Positions 60,498 through 64,000 of a DNA stretch of 64,000 nt are shown here, in pieces. The translations under genes and the position numbers were made by a program. The stretch lies in contig CAZEWH010000004.1 of the NCBI GenBank assembly GCA_964515785.1, positions 3,105 through 67,104 on the forward strand. The letters are read 5' to 3'. Under the pieces are notes generated by a model. The model was not told where the DNA came from, searched no databases, and saw only the letters and a list, made by a program, of their open reading frames with translations. The first letter of the stretch is position 1; every line of letters starts with the position of its first letter. Source of the stretch: an uncultured Gammaproteobacteria bacterium. GTDB lineage: Bacteria; Patescibacteriota; Patescibacteriia; UBA1558; GWA2-36-10.

Positions 60498-61859
60498 TTA
60501 CTCAAAACTTCTAGGATCAAAAGCTTGTTCTTCATCATCAGTATTGTTTGAATCAGTAAAACTGTCGACTGCATCATTTGGATTAGTACTATCCGAAGCA
60601 TTAATAAATTTTATGCTAGCAATAATTTTTTCAAAATCTTTGACTAAATCTTTATTACCTGAATCATAATAGAAAATATGCATGTATTGATGATCATTCA
60701 AAACAATAGTATAAGCTGTATAAGGATAATCGCTCACATATTGACCAATAGGATTAGCTGTATAATATTTAGTGGCTACCTTATCGCCAATCAAAACTTT
60801 ATTTACAATCTCTGCACCGTTTGGTCTAAAAAGATCTGACAGAAAATTATTAACAACTGCAATTTGAATATATCCTTTTTCACCTGATACAGGCATCAAT
60901 ACTTGAGTGTCTGAATAAGGCAGAGCTGTATGGCTTTCAAAGACAAAATCATTTGGATAGCTAAAAGAATAATGAAACTTAGTATTGGTATAAGTCTTCC
61001 AATCATCATAAGCCTGGACTGGATTTTTGACTTCAACACTAGTTGTCTGATCAGCTGATTCTTTGATATCTACTTCTAGTTTGATATCTTGTGGCATATT
61101 TTCAAGTTCTTGTTTGACATCTTTGATCAAACCATCAAGTTGACTAACAGCTTCAATCTTACTAGTAGCTTTTAGTTCATTACGAACTTTGATAATATAA
61201 TCTAAAGCTTGAGAAGTAGATTCTTTAAGATCACCACTAGCTGTCAAAGTAGGACGAGGGCTAGTTGGATAGTTATCATAATCTTGATCTGGAGATAAAA
61301 ACTTAAAATCAATTATTCTTTTCACTGATTCAACTGAGACATGAAAACGATCAGCAATCATTTTGACAATTTCAGTTTCATTGGTTGATTGTAAAATGAA
61401 AACAAAATGTTGACCATTGGCTACAGTGATATCAACCCAAGTATTGGTCTGACGAACAACTGCTTTAATGTCTTTAAACTTAGAAGCAGCTACTACATCT
61501 TGAGCAACCAAAGATCTAATTTCTGAAACTCTTTCTTCAGCAAATTTGATTTTGAGATCATCTTTTTTTACATCACTAGCCAAAGCTAATCTGATATTTT
61601 CAACTGCTCTATCTACTGGATAAAGTGTATCACCAGGACGAGCCTGATCTGAAGCTTGAACAGTCCAAATACCACCGCCAAAGACTACACCTAGAGTTAC
61701 TAAGACACTTAAAATAGGTTTTAACATAGGTTTGTTGATTAATAACGAGTTAAATGGACTCGTATCTTGGTCTGGCAGGTTCAAGCTAATCTTTTGCCAA
61801 GCTTCAGACTTTTCCGAAGATGACAAATTCTTGGTTTTAATATTATTAAATTTATTCAT
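60498..61859 (-). CDS. putative anti-sigma factor with DUF5667-like and PsbP-like domains
   Basis: TM, PGDTLYPVDRAVE, WKTYTN..HYSFSYP; overlaps the sigma gene stop. Confidence 0.7.
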   Translation of the reverse strand: MNKFNNIKTKNLSSSEKSEAWQKISLNLPDQDTSPFNSLLINKPMLKPILSVLVTLGVVFGGGIWTVQASDQARPGDTLYPVDRAVENIRLALASDVKKDDLKIKFAEERVSEIRSLVAQDVVAASKFKDIKAVVRQTNTWVDITVANGQHFVFILQSTNETEIVKMIADRFHVSVESVKRIIDFKFLSPDQDYDNYPTSPRPTLTASGDLKESTSQALDYIIKVRNELKATSKIEAVSQLDGLIKDVKQELENMPQDIKLEVDIKESADQTTSVEVKNPVQAYDDWKTYTNTKFHYSFSYPNDFVFESHTALPYSDTQVLMPVSGEKGYIQIAVVNNFLSDLFRPNGAEIVNKVLIGDKVATKYYTANPIGQYVSDYPYTAYTIVLNDHQYMHIFYYDSGNKDLVKDFEKIIASIKFINASDSTNPNDAVDSFTDSNNTDDEEQAFDPRSFE

Positions 61860-62385
61860 AATCTTTCATTATATTATTTAATTGCTTGAGTGCACGATGG
61901 TGCTGGACTTTGACTGTAGATTCTTTGAGATCTAAAGCTTTGGCAATTTGTCCAAAACTAAAGTCTGACCAATATCGCAGTTCTAAGACTTGGCGATATT
62001 TTTTCTTGATCCGTGGTAGGACTTTTGTGATAATCCAATCATCTTGGATATCAAGCTCAAAATTTTCTTTGATGTATTTTTCATCAAATTCTATGATCTT
62101 AGGATTGGATTTGTAATACTTGGCCAACTTGCGTCTAGCAATCCTATAAACAAATCCATAAAATTCTTGATCAGAGGAATACTTAAATTTAGTAATGGCT
62201 TTCCACAAATCAATAAAGATATCTTGTAGTAAATCCAGAGCATCATGCCTGCTTTGACAACGAGCCAAAATAAAGCGAAACAATTGATCTGACAAATGCT
62301 CATATAAGTGGTGAAAAGCGCTATTATCACCCTTGGCACTAGACAAAATTAGGCCTTTTAGATTGTCTATTTTGTGTGAATTCAC
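61852..62385 (-). CDS. ECF RNA polymerase sigma factor
   Basis: DLLQDIFIDLW, YRIARR, GQIAKALDLKESTVKV. Confidence 0.88.
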   Translation of the reverse strand: MNSHKIDNLKGLILSSAKGDNSAFHHLYEHLSDQLFRFILARCQSRHDALDLLQDIFIDLWKAITKFKYSSDQEFYGFVYRIARRKLAKYYKSNPKIIEFDEKYIKENFELDIQDDWIITKVLPRIKKKYRQVLELRYWSDFSFGQIAKALDLKESTVKVQHHRALKQLNNIMKDYE

Positions 62386-62443
62386 TTGTGTCGTTTTACG
62401 TATATAATATGGCAGACTATCACAAAAAGGTTACAAAAACAAA

Positions 62444-63463
62444 TTATTCAAAAAGATACAAATATTCTTCGTAGCCTTTTTGAACCATTTCTTCTTTGGG
62501 AATAAATTTGAGCGAAGCTGAGTTGATACAGTATCTATCACCCTCCGGTCCTGGACCGTCGGGAAATACATGCCCCAGGTGAGAGCCGGCCTGACTACTC
62601 TTGATTTCAGTCCTAGCTAGTGGTCCATCTTCTTTTTTTTCTACGACATTCTGCATATCAATTGGTTTGGTAAAACTTGGCCAGCCAGTCCCTGAATCAT
62701 ATTTGTCCAAAGAACTAAACAAAGCTTGACCAGATACAATATCTACATAAATACCAGCTGCCTTATTGTCCCAATACTCATTATCAAAAGGAGCTTCAGT
62801 ACCACATTGCTGAGTAACTTCATATTGCAGTGGTGTCAATTTTTCCTTAAGACCTTCATAGTCTCCCCACAATTCTTCCAATCTATCTTTTCTGCCTGAA
62901 TTTTTTTCATAAAGATTATATTGCAAACGACTATTTTTGGAATAGTCTTGATGATAATCTTCAGCTATATAAAATTCTTGAACCGGTAAAATCTCTGTCA
63001 CAATTGCATCAAAATTACCAGAGCTTTCTAAAATAACTTTTGATTGCATGGCTATTTCTTTTTGCTCATCATTTTTATAAAAAATAGCTGTGCGATATTG
63101 AGAACCCTTATCTATAAATTGACCAGTATCATCAGTCGGGTCAATGTTTGACCAAAAATGTTCTACCAATTCTGCATAAGAAACTTTGTCAATATTATAA
63201 GTCACTTCTACAGCTTCATAGTGTCCAGTTGTACCAGATGAAACTTGCTCATAAGTGGGATTAACAACTTGCCCACCAGTATATCCAGAAATTACTTTGA
63301 CCACACCACCTAGACTTTCAAAGGCTGTTTCTATACACCAAAAACATCCTCCTGCAAATATGGCAGTGTCTGTATTTATATTTTTATTTTTATTCATATT
63401 ATTTATATTCAAAGATAAAAAAACTATAGCCGCAGCTATTATTAATATTATTATATATTTCAT
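62444..63463 (-). CDS. msrAB: peptide methionine sulfoxide reductase MsrA/MsrB fusion
   Basis: [31 protein letters not shown]. Confidence 0.96.
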   Translation of the reverse strand: MKYIIILIIAAAIVFLSLNINNMNKNKNINTDTAIFAGGCFWCIETAFESLGGVVKVISGYTGGQVVNPTYEQVSSGTTGHYEAVEVTYNIDKVSYAELVEHFWSNIDPTDDTGQFIDKGSQYRTAIFYKNDEQKEIAMQSKVILESSGNFDAIVTEILPVQEFYIAEDYHQDYSKNSRLQYNLYEKNSGRKDRLEELWGDYEGLKEKLTPLQYEVTQQCGTEAPFDNEYWDNKAAGIYVDIVSGQALFSSLDKYDSGTGWPSFTKPIDMQNVVEKKEDGPLARTEIKSSQAGSHLGHVFPDGPGPEGDRYCINSASLKFIPKEEMVQKGYEEYLYLFE

Positions 63464-63676
63464 AATATGTTTTGATTAATGATTATATAGAGAGTATAGC
63501 AAAAAACACCTATAAAAACGAATGTTATAGTATCCCCCCCCTTGACAAAATATATACATTATGCTAAAAGACTATGTCATCCTCTACAAAGGCAAACTAC
63601 CGAATAGAAGATGACATCGTGTTTTTTCAGGTCTTTAACTGTCTTTTTAACTGTTCTTCTACGAAACGGAGAAATC

Positions 63677-64000
63677 ATGAGTTTCAAACAGGTCGACCGC
63701 AAAGCCGATAATATCCTCGCTGCACTCGCGTCCGCCCCGGTTTTCAAAAAGCAGGGACAGGTCAAGGCCCGCCCCGGTGTGCCCGGTGAGCAGGTCGTGA
63801 CCAAGTTGGCCGACGGTTCCGAGGAAACGACCAATACGGTCAACGAAGGCGACCAGGTCGTGACCAACCCCTCCGGTGAGGAGTACATCATCGACGGGAA
63901 GAAGTTCGCCGACAGGTATGAGGCTTCTGGCGAGGAAGGCGTCTTCAACGCCAAGGGCTGCTGTCGTGCGGTCACGAACCCCTTCGGAGAGCCCGTCGAG
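63677..64000 (+). CDS. GC-rich hypothetical protein, PGDYG-like (runs off window end)
   Basis: MSFKQVDRKAD...GDQVVTNPSGEEYIIDGKKFADRYE; SD GGAG; promoter TTGACA 63542. Confidence 0.7.
   Translation, partial: MSFKQVDRKADNILAALASAPVFKKQGQVKARPGVPGEQVVTKLADGSEETTNTVNEGDQVVTNPSGEEYIIDGKKFADRYEASGEEGVFNAKGCCRAVTNPFGEPVE

Noticed and set aside
63574-63617. c-di-GMP-I riboswitch (AAAGGCAAAC...CGAA)
   Set aside because: The following GACGCAAAG and P2 stem are missing; it is only a simple hairpin.

Overview
AT-rich bacterial chromosome segment, standard genetic code. Gene content and style suggest a Patescibacteria (CPR) genome; this is inference from tRNA-Ile(UAU), a type IV pilin cluster, DTDGDG-tailed surface proteins and mostly SD-less core genes. 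Core genes include leuS (partial), infB-rbfA-maf, nrnA, clpP, rny-ymdB-HU, comM, lspA, rpsO-pnp, pil genes, pgsA-pgpA, a copper/DsbA cluster, two ECF sigma/anti-sigma pairs and msrAB. Main observations: (1) About 16 stand-alone units, mostly GC-richer orphan genes, share one layout: sigma70 promoter, boxA-like motif, strong SD, ORF, intrinsic terminator. Neighbouring core genes mostly lack it. (2) A DUF559 nuclease-like gene is flanked by asymmetric palindromic inverted repeats, and an empty copy of the same repeat pair lies 9 kb away. (3) There are several unannotated structured RNA candidates, including a ~360-nt stand-alone RNA and a terminator/antiterminator leader before comM. (4) One surface-protein gene has an in-frame UGA where its paralog has Trp, and pilB is split by a frameshift. 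(5) Several small ORFs are missing from the supplied track. All calls were made by eye with no database searches.
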